Source: an uncultured bacterium (GTDB taxonomy: Bacteria; Ratteibacteria; UBA8468; B48-G9; JAFGKM01). Taken from it: a stretch of 49,227 bases of DNA. Location: positions 1 to 49,227 of the forward strand of contig CAYNUP010000158.1 in NCBI GenBank assembly GCA_964400565.1. The letters run 5' to 3'. Shown piece after piece: positions 1-9,529 of this stretch (position 1 is its first letter; each line of letters begins with the position of its first letter). The notes beneath the pieces were generated by a model. The model saw nothing but the letters and a program-made list of their open reading frames with translations. It made no database searches and was not told where the DNA came from. Made by a program: the position numbers and the translations under genes.

Positions 1-733
1 GAATATATCTGTGAGTTGGAAGAATTAAAACACCTTCAGATTCTATATTTGAAAGATAAATAAAAACATATTTATTTCTTTCATCTGGATTATTTTTATA
101 AAACATAAGAGAAGCAATATATCTGTGATGTCCATCTGCAATAAAAATAACTTTTTCTTTTAAAACTTTCCTTATATTTTCTATTTTCTCTTTATCTTCA
201 ATTTTACCAAATTCAAAAGTTTCATCATTCATTCTTCCTGTATAAAAAGTTTGGTTTTTTTCAATAATTTTTTCAATTTCAAAACTTTTATCCTGATAAA
301 GCATATAAATCGGACAGAAATTAGCCCTACATTTTTCAAGAAGTTTATATCTATTATAAGCATATTTAGAGAATATTTTTTCATGTGGAATTACTTTTTT
401 ACTATCAAAGTCCTCTATTTTTAAAATACAGAATATTCCTTCTCTTTTATATTTTCTCCCACCATATTCAAAAATACCCTTTAAAAAATAAAAACATTCT
501 TTGTTATCCTGAACCAAAATTTTGTTTTTAATCCAGAAATTAAAATTTTCATAAACTTCTTCAGGTAAATGTTCTTTTGCTATAAGTTTTACAACATTCC
601 ATTCAGAAAGTGATAAAAGTTTTCTTTCAAGTTCTTCATTTATTAAATCCCATGGAGGAGAAATAACATTACTTACATCTTTTATTTTCTCCAGATTATA
701 AATAAATCCTCTAAAAGGTTTAATTTCAGCCAT
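1..733 (-). CDS. DUF1015 domain-containing protein (partial; C-terminal part lies beyond the window edge)
   Basis: Open-ended ORF absent from the ORF track. My translation from ATG at 733 reads MAEIKPFRGFIYNLEKIKDVSNVISPPWDLINEE...VIFIADGHHRYIAS...VLILPTHRYI. PFRG, SPPxD, ADGHHRY and LPTHR are the DUF1015 family signatures. Confidence 0.8.
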   Translation of the reverse strand, partial: MAEIKPFRGFIYNLEKIKDVSNVISPPWDLINEELERKLLSLSEWNVVKLIAKEHLPEEVYENFNFWIKNKILVQDNKECFYFLKGIFEYGGRKYKREGIFCILKIEDFDSKKVIPHEKIFSKYAYNRYKLLEKCRANFCPIYMLYQDKSFEIEKIIEKNQTFYTGRMNDETFEFGKIEDKEKIENIRKVLKEKVIFIADGHHRYIASLMFYKNNPDERNKYVFIYLSNIESEGVLILPTHRYI

Positions 734-740
734 TTTAGTT

Positions 741-1442
741 TTATTTTTTTTGAAAGGAGAGATAAATTATAACCTTTGAATTTTTTCTTAAATTATTATA
801 CCAATCCTCAAAATACTTTTCTCTTTTCTGCCAGAGAAGCATCTTTCTTATATTTTCTTTATCAACTTTCCCAGGTCCTACATGTTTTAAATAATCTTCA
901 ACTTCCTCATCTTTAACTTCTATACTTGTTTCGGACAAAACCTGATCCTTTAACTTCTGGAATAGAATTTCTTTCCTTATGTTATCTTCAATTTTTTTCA
1001 ATTCTTCATCAGGATAATTTGCAATTACCTGTTTGTATTTCTCCTCATCAAATTCTCCTTTTTCATTTTTAAATGCAGGGTCTGCTTTTACAACTTCAAT
1101 TATTTCACTTTTAAAAACCTTTATTCTCCTCTTTCTTGCTTCCTGTAATAACAATTTCTCCCTTATCATACTCTCAAGAACATTCTTTTCAATATTTAAC
1201 TTATCTCTTATTTGATTATAATTTTCTCCAAAAATCTCCCTATATCTTTCTTCAACTTTCCATAATTGGTCATAAAACTCCCTTAATGTAATCGGTTGCC
1301 TGTTTACAACTGCTGCATATGGAGATTGTCCTCTACCTCCAACTCCTACTCCCCAAAAGAAAAACCCAGGGATTATAAGAATTGTAATAATCCACAGAAT
1401 AATTTTTACATTTTTCTTTTTCCTGAAAAATTTAAGAACCAT
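741..1442 (-). CDS. SurA N-terminal domain-containing periplasmic chaperone-like protein (PpiD/SurA-like, no PPIase domain)
   Basis: ORF track gives 741..1454. One N-terminal TM helix (IILWIITILIIPGFFFWGV) followed by AAVVNRQPITLREFYDQL, typical of SurA_N/PpiD N-termini. I prefer the ATG at 1442 because GGAGGG sits 5 nt upstream (ATGGAGGGAAAAATG). Confidence 0.55.
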   Translation of the reverse strand: MVLKFFRKKKNVKIILWIITILIIPGFFFWGVGVGGRGQSPYAAVVNRQPITLREFYDQLWKVEERYREIFGENYNQIRDKLNIEKNVLESMIREKLLLQEARKRRIKVFKSEIIEVVKADPAFKNEKGEFDEEKYKQVIANYPDEELKKIEDNIRKEILFQKLKDQVLSETSIEVKDEEVEDYLKHVGPGKVDKENIRKMLLWQKREKYFEDWYNNLRKNSKVIIYLSFQKK

Positions 1443-2106
1443 TTTTCCCTCCATTTATTATCAAAACAAATTCTCCTTTTTTCTTTTCTCTTTTAAAAAT
1501 TTCACATATATTTTTTATTTTTCCTCTGATAACTTCTTCAAAAAGTTTTGTCAACTCTCTGCAAATACAAATCTCTCTATCAGGAATAATTTCTGAAAGT
1601 AAATTGATAGTTCTTTCTATCCTGTGAACAGATTCAAAAAAAATAATTACTTCTTCCATTTCTTTCCATTTCTCAAAAATTTTTCTTTTTTCATTTTCTT
1701 TCTTTGGCAAAAAACCATAAAAATAAACTTTATCTAAAGGAAAACCACAAATGCTCAGCGCCGCTGTTAATGCAGAAGGTCCTGGAATAGGAATTACTTT
1801 TATATTGTTTTCATATGCCTCCTTTACAAGTATATAAGCAGGGTCAGATATTCCAGGAGTCCCTCTATCACATACAAGTGCAATTTCTTTCCCTTCTTTT
1901 AAAAGTTCTATTACTTTATTTACTCTTTTTTTTTCTATTTCTCTGTAATAACTTAAAAGTGGCTTTTTTATTCCATAATAATTCAATATCTTCAATGTTT
2001 CTCTTGTATCCTCACATAAAATTAAATCAACACTTTTTAAAATTTCAAGTGCTCTTAATGTAATATCCTTTATATTTCCTATTGGAGTTGCGACTATATA
2101 TAACAT
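1432..2106 (-). CDS. rsmI: 16S rRNA (cytidine1402-2'-O)-methyltransferase RsmI
   Basis: MLYIVATPIGNIKDITLRALEILKSVDLILCEDTR is the canonical RsmI tetrapyrrole-methylase-fold N-terminus. Length is 224 aa. Confidence 0.9.
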   Translation of the reverse strand: MLYIVATPIGNIKDITLRALEILKSVDLILCEDTRETLKILNYYGIKKPLLSYYREIEKKRVNKVIELLKEGKEIALVCDRGTPGISDPAYILVKEAYENNIKVIPIPGPSALTAALSICGFPLDKVYFYGFLPKKENEKRKIFEKWKEMEEVIIFFESVHRIERTINLLSEIIPDREICICRELTKLFEEVIRGKIKNICEIFKREKKKGEFVLIINGGKNGS

Positions 2107-2180
2107 TTTTAAATTATATCCTAAAATTTTTTAATTTTCCAGAAAATTATGTTAAAATAATTCCCAAAAAGGAGAAAAAA

Positions 2181-2945
2181 ATGGAAAAAATTGGAGTTAT
2201 TTTTTATAATTTTTCTTTCTCTAATCTTGAAATATTTCTGAACTGGGGTGCTGAAAATAATGTAGAGTATGCTGAAATTTCAAAAGAATACTTTGAGGAA
2301 GCAAAAATTTTAATTCCAAAATATAATATTAAGGTTTCTCAGGTAACAGCAAGAAATGATTTTGTTCAAAAGACAGAAGAGGAATTTTCAAATCAGGTTA
2401 AAATGGTTGGAGAGTTATGCAAGAAAGTTAAAGATATAGGATGTAATCAAATAAGAATAGATGGTGGATGGCCAAAAGAAGGAGTTGAAGAAAGTAAATA
2501 TAAAAGATTGATAATGGAAGGGGTTGAAAGAGTTGTTGAATTTGCTGAAAAGGAAGGTGTTTATCTTGCCCTTGATAATCATGGAATAATAACAAATGAC
2601 TATCAATTCCAAATTGAAATTTTTGAAAAAATAAAATCAAAATATCTTGGAGCAAATCTTGATACTATGAATTATAGATGGTATGGTTATCCAGTAGAAA
2701 AACTTACAGAAATTTATAAATTGATTGCTCCTTATACATTACATACTCATTTAAAAGATGGCACAGGTTCAAGAGAAAATTATGTTGGTAAAGTTCTTGG
2801 AGAAGGAGAAGTTCCTGTAATTGAAGCAATAAAGATACTCAAAAAAAATAATTATAAAGGTGTCTGGTGCATTGAATACGAAGGTAAAGATAAAGAAATT
2901 GGATATAAAAAATGTGTTGAATTTTTGAAAAAATTAAATGTATAA
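2181..2945 (+). CDS. sugar phosphate isomerase/epimerase (xylose isomerase-like TIM barrel)
   Basis: ORF track gives 2082..2945. The internal ATG at 2181 is preceded by AAAGGAGAAAAAA. ALDNHG, HTHLKD and WCIEYEG motifs are typical of the AP-endonuclease-2/xylose-isomerase-like TIM barrel family. Confidence 0.7.
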   Translation: MEKIGVIFYNFSFSNLEIFLNWGAENNVEYAEISKEYFEEAKILIPKYNIKVSQVTARNDFVQKTEEEFSNQVKMVGELCKKVKDIGCNQIRIDGGWPKEGVEESKYKRLIMEGVERVVEFAEKEGVYLALDNHGIITNDYQFQIEIFEKIKSKYLGANLDTMNYRWYGYPVEKLTEIYKLIAPYTLHTHLKDGTGSRENYVGKVLGEGEVPVIEAIKILKKNNYKGVWCIEYEGKDKEIGYKKCVEFLKKLNV

Positions 2946-2948
2946 AAA

Positions 2949-4493
2949 ATGGAAAGAGAAAGGTGGGGGAGTAAATTAGGGATTATTCTTGCTGTTGCTG
3001 GAAGTGCTGTTGGTCTTGGTAATTTCTTAAGATTTCCTGTTCAGGCAGTAAAAAATGGTGGAGGGGCTTTTATAATTCCTTATTTTGTCTCCTTATTTCT
3101 ACTTGGTATCCCTTTAATGTGGATTGAATGGACTATAGGAAGGTTTGGAGGCGGATTTGGACATGGAACTGCTCCTGGAATTTTTCATACATTATGGAGA
3201 AAAAATAAATTCATTAAATATTTTGGAGTTATAGGAATTTTTGGTCCAATTATTATTTTTATCTATTATACATATATTGAATCATGGCTTCTCGCTTATA
3301 CATTTTTTCCTTTAAGAGTAGATTTTTCAATGATTAAAACAAAAGAAGAAATGATTGCCTTCCTTCAGGGTTATCAGGGAATTGTTAAAAATCAATATTT
3401 TTCATCGCTACTTCCTGCATATATCTTTTTCCTTATAACTTTTGGATTAAATTTAATAATTGTTTATTTTGGAATTAAAAAAGGAATAGAAAAGGTGTGT
3501 AAATTTGCAATGCCAACTTTATTCCTTTTTGCTTTAATTTTAGTTATAAGGGTGCTAACTTTAAAAAATGAACTTAACCCTGAATGGACACCTTTAAATG
3601 GACTTGGTTTTTTATGGAATCCTGATTTTTCCTCTTTAAAAGATGCAAAGGTCTGGCTTTCTGCAGCAGGACAGATTTTTTTCACTTTAAGTGTTGGAAT
3701 TGGAGTGATTCTTACATATGCAAGTTATTTAAGCAAAGATGACGATGTTCTATTATCTGGATTAACAAGTGCAAGTACAAATGAATTTGCTGAAGTTATC
3801 CTTGGTGGAAGTATAGTAATTCCTGCTGCCTATGTATTTCTCGGTCCTGTTGGAATAAAAGAAGTCGCAAATCAGGGTGCTTTTAATCTTGGGTTTGTAA
3901 CAATGCCTTTAATTTTAAAATCCCTTCCCTTTGGAAAAATATTTGAAATTTTATGGTTCTTCTTGCTTTTTCTTGCAGGACTTACATCTTCAATTTCCCT
4001 TGCGCAACCAGCAATTGCTTTTTTAGAAGACGAGTTTAATTTAACAAGGAATAGGAGTGTTTTAATTTTTGGAATTATATGTTTTTTACTCTCAAATCTA
4101 TCAGTTCTGTTTTTATCTAAAGGAGTTGTGGATGAACTTGATTTCTGGGGAGGAACTTTTGCTCTTGTTGTATTTGCAACAATTGAAACAATACTTTTTG
4201 CATGGATTTTTGGTATGGAAAAAGCATGGGAAGAAATGCATTCAGGTTCAGATATAAAATTGCCTAAATTTTATAAATTTATAATAAAATACATAACTCC
4301 TTTGTTTTTACTCTCAATTTTATTTTTCTGGACAATCCAGTATGCAATTCCAACTTTACTTCTTAAAAATGTGAATTTAGAAAATTTACCATATATTTTA
4401 ATCACAAGAATTATTATGGTTTTGTTATTTATCGGTCTTTGTATTCTTGTTAAAATTTCATGGAGTAAAAAAGGAGAAAAATTTGAGAGTTAG
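2949..4493 (+). CDS. sodium-dependent transporter, neurotransmitter:sodium symporter (NSS/SNF) family
   Basis: WGSKLGIILAVAGSAVGLGNFLRFPVQAVKNGGGAFIIPY is the NSS TM1 signature. The protein is polytopic, 514 aa. Confidence 0.9.
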   Translation: MERERWGSKLGIILAVAGSAVGLGNFLRFPVQAVKNGGGAFIIPYFVSLFLLGIPLMWIEWTIGRFGGGFGHGTAPGIFHTLWRKNKFIKYFGVIGIFGPIIIFIYYTYIESWLLAYTFFPLRVDFSMIKTKEEMIAFLQGYQGIVKNQYFSSLLPAYIFFLITFGLNLIIVYFGIKKGIEKVCKFAMPTLFLFALILVIRVLTLKNELNPEWTPLNGLGFLWNPDFSSLKDAKVWLSAAGQIFFTLSVGIGVILTYASYLSKDDDVLLSGLTSASTNEFAEVILGGSIVIPAAYVFLGPVGIKEVANQGAFNLGFVTMPLILKSLPFGKIFEILWFFLLFLAGLTSSISLAQPAIAFLEDEFNLTRNRSVLIFGIICFLLSNLSVLFLSKGVVDELDFWGGTFALVVFATIETILFAWIFGMEKAWEEMHSGSDIKLPKFYKFIIKYITPLFLLSILFFWTIQYAIPTLLLKNVNLENLPYILITRIIMVLLFIGLCILVKISWSKKGEKFES

Positions 4494-4578
4494 TGGATGG
4501 ATTATGCTTATAATCTCATGGAGTAGCATTTCAATCCTTTTTATATATTCTTTTTACAGGTCTTTCAGGAAGGATTAA
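4483..4578 (+). CDS. candidate NSS-transporter small subunit (MetS-like single-TM micro-protein)
   Basis: Below the ORF-track size cut-off. TTG at 4483 is preceded by GGAGA with 5-nt spacing; an alternative ATG lies at 4504. Translation: MRVSGWIMLIISWSSISILFIYSFYRSFRKD, one hydrophobic helix plus a basic tail. It overlaps the 3' end of the NSS gene, as MetS-type subunits do. Confidence 0.35.
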   Translation: MRVSGWIMLIISWSSISILFIYSFYRSFRKD

Positions 4579-5348
4579 AAAAGTTTACCATCCGGAAAAT
4601 CTATTTCTTCATTCTCTTGTTTTGATAATACAGGTTTATTTTCGGTTTTTATAACTTTTTTTTCTATATAGTAAATTTTAGAATTATTTATCCATTTGCA
4701 GTATTCACAATTTTCACTACTTTCTGGCACTTCATCAGATTCAAGACATATTATAGCATTTTTAATCACTTCTTCCACTTCATTTATATTAAATTCCACC
4801 CTTTTAACTTCAAAATTAAAATTTATAATATTTTTTATCTCATCTGCTTGATAATCAATCATGCTTTTTTCAGGATAATAATAAACAAGATATCCAAAAT
4901 TAACTATCTTGCCATTGTTTTCTTTTTTAAGTAGCAATGCATAAATTGCCAGTTGAAACTTATATGCAGGATGGGGGTCTTCTCCAGGCAAACTTGCCCT
5001 TGTTTTATGGTCAAGAGGAACATATAATCCATCTGAAAGTTTAATAACTTCGTCAAGGTGTCCCCAGAGATAATAATCTTTTTTTTCTTCTATATCGTAA
5101 TAATATGTTTTTTTTAAATTTGAAATAAGTTTTCCATCCACCTTACCAATAAGAAATGGAGGTAAAATCCCCTTTTTTCTGAAATATTCAAAATACTCTT
5201 TAATTAAAGAATCAATACCTGTTGCAATTGAAGGCATAGGTCCTCTTGGTCTTGTAATTCCCTCTTTAATATATAAATAAAAACATCTTGGACATTCAAT
5301 AAAAAGATTTAAACTATGAGCAGAAAGTCCTATTCTATTTGTTCCCAT
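4575..5348 (-). CDS. PD-(D/E)XK nuclease superfamily protein, Cas4/RecB-exonuclease-like with four cysteines
   Basis: N-terminal CPRC (ECPRCFYLY). Nuclease core GHLDEV...VPLDHKTR (D...D-x-K). QLAIYALLL (QxxxY). C-terminal CEYC. This is the Cas4/AddB-type arrangement of nuclease motifs bracketed by Cys ligands. Confidence 0.6.
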   Translation of the reverse strand: MGTNRIGLSAHSLNLFIECPRCFYLYIKEGITRPRGPMPSIATGIDSLIKEYFEYFRKKGILPPFLIGKVDGKLISNLKKTYYYDIEEKKDYYLWGHLDEVIKLSDGLYVPLDHKTRASLPGEDPHPAYKFQLAIYALLLKKENNGKIVNFGYLVYYYPEKSMIDYQADEIKNIINFNFEVKRVEFNINEVEEVIKNAIICLESDEVPESSENCEYCKWINNSKIYYIEKKVIKTENKPVLSKQENEEIDFPDGKLF

Positions 5349-5403
5349 ATTTTTATTTTATATCTGTTTATCCAATATTGTCAAACTAACGGCTCTTTCC
5401 TCT

Positions 5404-6684
5404 TTATTTGTAAATTAACCATAGAAAAAGAGTTGCTCCTATAACTGAAATTATACTGAAAGGAAAACCAATTTTCAAAAAATCAAAAAAACTAACTTTA
5501 TAACCATTTTTCTTAAGAATTCCTATTCCAACAACATTACAACTTGCTCCAATTGGAGTTATATTTCCACCAACACAGGTACCTATTAAAAGACCGAAAA
5601 GAAAAACATATGGATTTGTATTTAATCTTTCACATAAAACTTTTATTCCTGAAATCATAGCCATAGTATATGGAATATTATCAACGAATGCAGAAACAAA
5701 TACACTAAACCATACAATCATTAGGTAAAGAGTAAATTCATTTTTTCCTGTTTTTAATAGAAAATTTGCAATATCTTCAATAAACCCAACCTTTTTTAAA
5801 GAACCAACAAGAATAAAAATACCTATAAGGAGAAAAAAACTTTCCCAGTCAATTTCTTTTATATTCAATTTTTCTACTTTTTTTACAAACAACCATATTA
5901 TTCCGATAAATCCGTAAAAAAGACAGACAAATGCAGGAAAAAATGAAAATTTATTCTGAAAAAATGAAGTTATAGCAAGGGTGAAAATCATAAATATAAG
6001 TAAAAAAGTAGGGAAATAAGAATTAACTTTAATTTCTTCTTCAAAATCCTGATGGATACTTTTTTCTTTCTTAAAAAATTGATATAGAACAAAAAAACTT
6101 AAAATTGCTCCGAATTCAACAAAGAAAAATATTCCTGGTTTTCCATTTAAAGAACCAAGTTTATATCCTGGCATATAGAAAAAGTCGTTAAAATTCAAAT
6201 TTGATTCCATAGCAAGTATTATACTTGGACTATCTCCAACCATTGTAGCACATCCCTGTAAATTTGAAGATATTGCCATACCGACAAATAAGGGAACTGG
6301 ATTTATTTTATATTTTTTTGTAAATTCAAGTGCAACAGGAGCCATAATCATAATTGTAGCAACATTTTCAACAAAAGCAGAAATGAAACCTGTGATTATG
6401 CATATAAGTAAAAATATAACTCCTGTTGAATATTTCTTTTTAACAATTTCATTTACAATATAGGAAGGAACTCCTGAATAAGCAAATAGATATGATAGAA
6501 TACTTGTCCCTAAAAAAATGCCAAGGACATTATAGTTTATAAAATTTAAAACTTCTCCAAATTCTATTATTCTTAAAAGTAAAAGTAAAAAAATGGCACA
6601 AAAAACAAAGAACAAGCCTTTATCTCTTTTTAAAACAATTCCAGCATAAGCAAGAAAAAAAATTACCAGTGTTATAAATTTCAT
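5404..6684 (-). CDS. ArsB/NhaD (SLC13/CitMHS-like) family permease
   Basis: 426-aa polytopic membrane protein with internally repeated halves. FVENVATIMIMAP and FVDNIPYTMAM are the paired hairpin motifs of the ArsB/NhaD ion-transporter superfamily. Confidence 0.7.
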   Translation of the reverse strand: MKFITLVIFFLAYAGIVLKRDKGLFFVFCAIFLLLLLRIIEFGEVLNFINYNVLGIFLGTSILSYLFAYSGVPSYIVNEIVKKKYSTGVIFLLICIITGFISAFVENVATIMIMAPVALEFTKKYKINPVPLFVGMAISSNLQGCATMVGDSPSIILAMESNLNFNDFFYMPGYKLGSLNGKPGIFFFVEFGAILSFFVLYQFFKKEKSIHQDFEEEIKVNSYFPTFLLIFMIFTLAITSFFQNKFSFFPAFVCLFYGFIGIIWLFVKKVEKLNIKEIDWESFFLLIGIFILVGSLKKVGFIEDIANFLLKTGKNEFTLYLMIVWFSVFVSAFVDNIPYTMAMISGIKVLCERLNTNPYVFLFGLLIGTCVGGNITPIGASCNVVGIGILKKNGYKVSFFDFLKIGFPFSIISVIGATLFLWLIYK

Positions 6685-6698
6685 TTTTTAAAATTTTT

Positions 6699-8609
6699 TT
6701 AATAACTTAGGTCCCATTCTTCATAAAGGTGTGGAGAAACTTCTTCAAGAAATAATGATTTTTTTACTGGCATATATCTGAAATAATCATAAGAGTAATA
6801 AGTTATATAAAGGTCTTCCTTTGCTCTTGTAATCCCTACATAAAAAATCCTTCTTTCTTCTTCAAGTGCCATAGGGTCTTTTATTGAATAAGGATGAGGA
6901 AAATGATTGTCACAAACACCTATAATAAAAACAATTCTCCATTCGAGTCCTTTTGCTTGATGGATTGTTGATAGAATTACAGCATTTTTCACATTTGGAC
7001 TTTCTCCTTTTGAATATTCCTGTAAAGATGCTTCTGAAAGAAAATCAGAAATACTTGAATATAAAGAAGCAATTTCTTTCAAACTTTTTATATCCTGCAA
7101 TCTTTCAATATCATCCTTATATTTTTTTGACAGATAAATTGAATATCCAGAATTTAAAATAAGGTCAATCCCTTCATAAATAGGGACCTTTTCCAAATCC
7201 TCAATAAGTTTAATATTTTTTTCTAAACTTTCCTTACCCTTTTTTGTTAATTTCACCTCATTTAATTTATTTTTAAATTCTTCAAATTTTTCTGACTTCA
7301 AAATCAAATCTGTTAATATATTCATACCTTTTTTACCTATACCTTCACATAAATTAAAAATCCTTTTCCATGAAAGCATATCCTTAAAATTCTCTCTCAC
7401 TCTATAATAAGCAAGAATATCTTTAATATGCGCCTGTTCAAAAAATCTCAAACCTCCTCTTATAATATATGGAATTTTAAGTTTTGAAAGTTCTATTTCA
7501 AGTTCTGCTGCCTGATATCTTGAACGAAATAAAACACCAATTTCTAATGGTTCAATCCCAAGTTCCAGCAATTTATTTATCCTCTGAGAAACAAAAATTG
7601 CCTCTTCTTTCATATTTCTGCATTTAATAATAACAGGTTTAACTCCACTTTTTCTTATACTTACAAGATTTTTAGGAAATTGAACTTTATTATGAGATAT
7701 AACATCATTTGCAAAATTTAAAATTTCAGGTGTGCTTCTGTAATTTATATCAAGATAGAATATTTTTGCATCTGGATAAATTTTAGGAAATTCAATTATA
7801 TTCGCAACTGTTGCTCCTCTAAAAGAATATATACTCTGGGCATCATCTCCAACAACCATTATATTTCTGTGTTTTTTAGCAAGTAAATATAAAATTTTCG
7901 CCTGAAGTTTATTTGTGTCATGATATTCATCAACAAGTATATATTTAAAACGAGAAGATATCTTTTCTCCAACTTTTTCATTTCTCATAAGTTTATACCA
8001 GAAGACAAGTAAATCATCATAATCAAGTTGATTTAATTTTTTTTTGACCTTCTGGTACTCTTTGTAAATTTTTTCTACATCAGAAATTAAATGTGTGTAT
8101 TCAGGGAAAAAGGTAATTATGGTTTCCTTTAAGTTTTCACATGTATTTATTGATAAACTAATAAATTCTTTTACCTTTGAAGGATGAGGGAAAATTTCTT
8201 TTTTGCCAGATTTTTCAATTATTTCTTTAAGTAAAGAGATAGAGTCCTCTTCATCAATTATAGTAAAATTTGGATTTAGATTTATTTCCTTCCCATAAAT
8301 TCTTAAAAGAAGATTTGCAACATGATGAAATGTTCCTCCAATAAGACCTTTAGGATAAAATGTTAATATTTTTTCAACCCTGGTAAGCATTTCTTTTGCT
8401 GCTTTATTTGTAAAGGTTAAAAGTAATATATTTGATGGAGAAACACCAATTTCTATAAGATAACACACCCTATAAACTAAAACCCTTGTTTTTCCGCTTC
8501 CAGCACCGGCAAGAACAAGAGATGGACCATCTGCTTTTTTCACTATCTCAATCTGTTTTTCATTCAATTGTTCTTCATAAGAAATCTGTGGATAAAGTTT
8601 TATACTCAT
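6699..8609 (-). CDS. ATP-dependent DNA helicase, UvrD/PcrA/Rep family (SF1)
   Basis: Walker A AGAGSGKTRVL, DEYHDTN (motif II), VGDDAQSIYSFRGA (motif III), TIHQAKGLEW and YVGITRAK (motifs V/VI). The ATG overlaps the pyrB stop (ATGA). Confidence 0.9.
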   Translation of the reverse strand: MSIKLYPQISYEEQLNEKQIEIVKKADGPSLVLAGAGSGKTRVLVYRVCYLIEIGVSPSNILLLTFTNKAAKEMLTRVEKILTFYPKGLIGGTFHHVANLLLRIYGKEINLNPNFTIIDEEDSISLLKEIIEKSGKKEIFPHPSKVKEFISLSINTCENLKETIITFFPEYTHLISDVEKIYKEYQKVKKKLNQLDYDDLLVFWYKLMRNEKVGEKISSRFKYILVDEYHDTNKLQAKILYLLAKKHRNIMVVGDDAQSIYSFRGATVANIIEFPKIYPDAKIFYLDINYRSTPEILNFANDVISHNKVQFPKNLVSIRKSGVKPVIIKCRNMKEEAIFVSQRINKLLELGIEPLEIGVLFRSRYQAAELEIELSKLKIPYIIRGGLRFFEQAHIKDILAYYRVRENFKDMLSWKRIFNLCEGIGKKGMNILTDLILKSEKFEEFKNKLNEVKLTKKGKESLEKNIKLIEDLEKVPIYEGIDLILNSGYSIYLSKKYKDDIERLQDIKSLKEIASLYSSISDFLSEASLQEYSKGESPNVKNAVILSTIHQAKGLEWRIVFIIGVCDNHFPHPYSIKDPMALEEERRIFYVGITRAKEDLYITYYSYDYFRYMPVKKSLFLEEVSPHLYEEWDLSY

Positions 8610-9529
8610 ATCTTCCTTCCAATTGTTAAATATAAAACAGCCATCCTTACAGCAATACCATTTGTAACCTGTTGAAGTATCAATGATTTATCTTTTTCTG
8701 CAACTTCTGATTTTATTTCTACCCCTCTATTCATTGGTCCTGGATGCATAATAAATGCTTTTGATTTTATCTTTTCATACCTTTCCTCATTTATTCCATA
8801 TAAAAAACTATACTCCTTCAATGACGATAAGAAATTTTCCTTCTGCCTTTCTCTTTGTAATCTTAAAAGATAAACAACATCAACATTTTCTATTGCTTTT
8901 TCTATATCAAATGTTATTTTTGCACCCATCTTTTCAATCTCTTTTGGTATTAAAGGAGGTGGTCCGCAAACAAAAACTTCTGCTCCAAGTTTTTTAAATC
9001 CCCATATATTTGACCTTGCAACTCTGCTATGCAAAATATCTCCAATTATTGAAATTCTTATACCTTTAATCTTTCCAAATTTTTCCTTAACAGTAAATAA
9101 ATCAAGTAATGCCTGAGTGGGATGTTCATGACAACCATCTCCGGCATTTATAACTGATGAAGAAACATTTTGACTTATTATTAAAGGCGCTCCAGAAATA
9201 AAATGTCTTACAATAAAACAATCTACCCTCATCGCCTCTATATTCTTTGCTGTATCAACTATTGTCTCTCCTTTTGAAACAGATGAAGAACTTACATCAA
9301 AACTCAAAACATCCGCAGATAACCTTTTTGCAGCAAGTTCAAAAGATGTTCTTGTTCTTGTGCTCGGTTCAAAAAATAAATTCACAACAGTTTTACCTCT
9401 TAAAGCAGGAACTTTTTTAACTGAGCGAGTGCTAACATCTTTAAAGGATTCTGCAACATTCAAAATTATCTCTATCTCTTCTTTCTCTAAATCCTCAAGT
9501 CCTATAAGGTCTTTTCTTTTCCACTCCAT
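8606..9529 (-). CDS. pyrB: aspartate carbamoyltransferase catalytic subunit
   Basis: FFEPSTRTRTSFE (carbamoyl-phosphate site), HPTQALLD, HPGPMNRG. Length is 307 aa. Confidence 0.95.
   Translation of the reverse strand: MEWKRKDLIGLEDLEKEEIEIILNVAESFKDVSTRSVKKVPALRGKTVVNLFFEPSTRTRTSFELAAKRLSADVLSFDVSSSSVSKGETIVDTAKNIEAMRVDCFIVRHFISGAPLIISQNVSSSVINAGDGCHEHPTQALLDLFTVKEKFGKIKGIRISIIGDILHSRVARSNIWGFKKLGAEVFVCGPPPLIPKEIEKMGAKITFDIEKAIENVDVVYLLRLQRERQKENFLSSLKEYSFLYGINEERYEKIKSKAFIMHPGPMNRGVEIKSEVAEKDKSLILQQVTNGIAVRMAVLYLTIGRKI

Noticed and set aside
2082-2180. N-terminal extensions in the ORF track at 2082, 1454, 10104, 18210, 20299, 21206, 28482, 30285, 32792, 43670, 44650 and 45646.
   Set aside because: Several begin at GTG or TTG (for example 10104, 21206, 30285, 32792, 43670, 44650, 45646). 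They add non-conserved residues, in one case overlapping a consensus promoter. Each is followed by an in-frame ATG, and most of those I inspected have a good Shine-Dalgarno (pyrR is the weak case). I used the internal ATGs.
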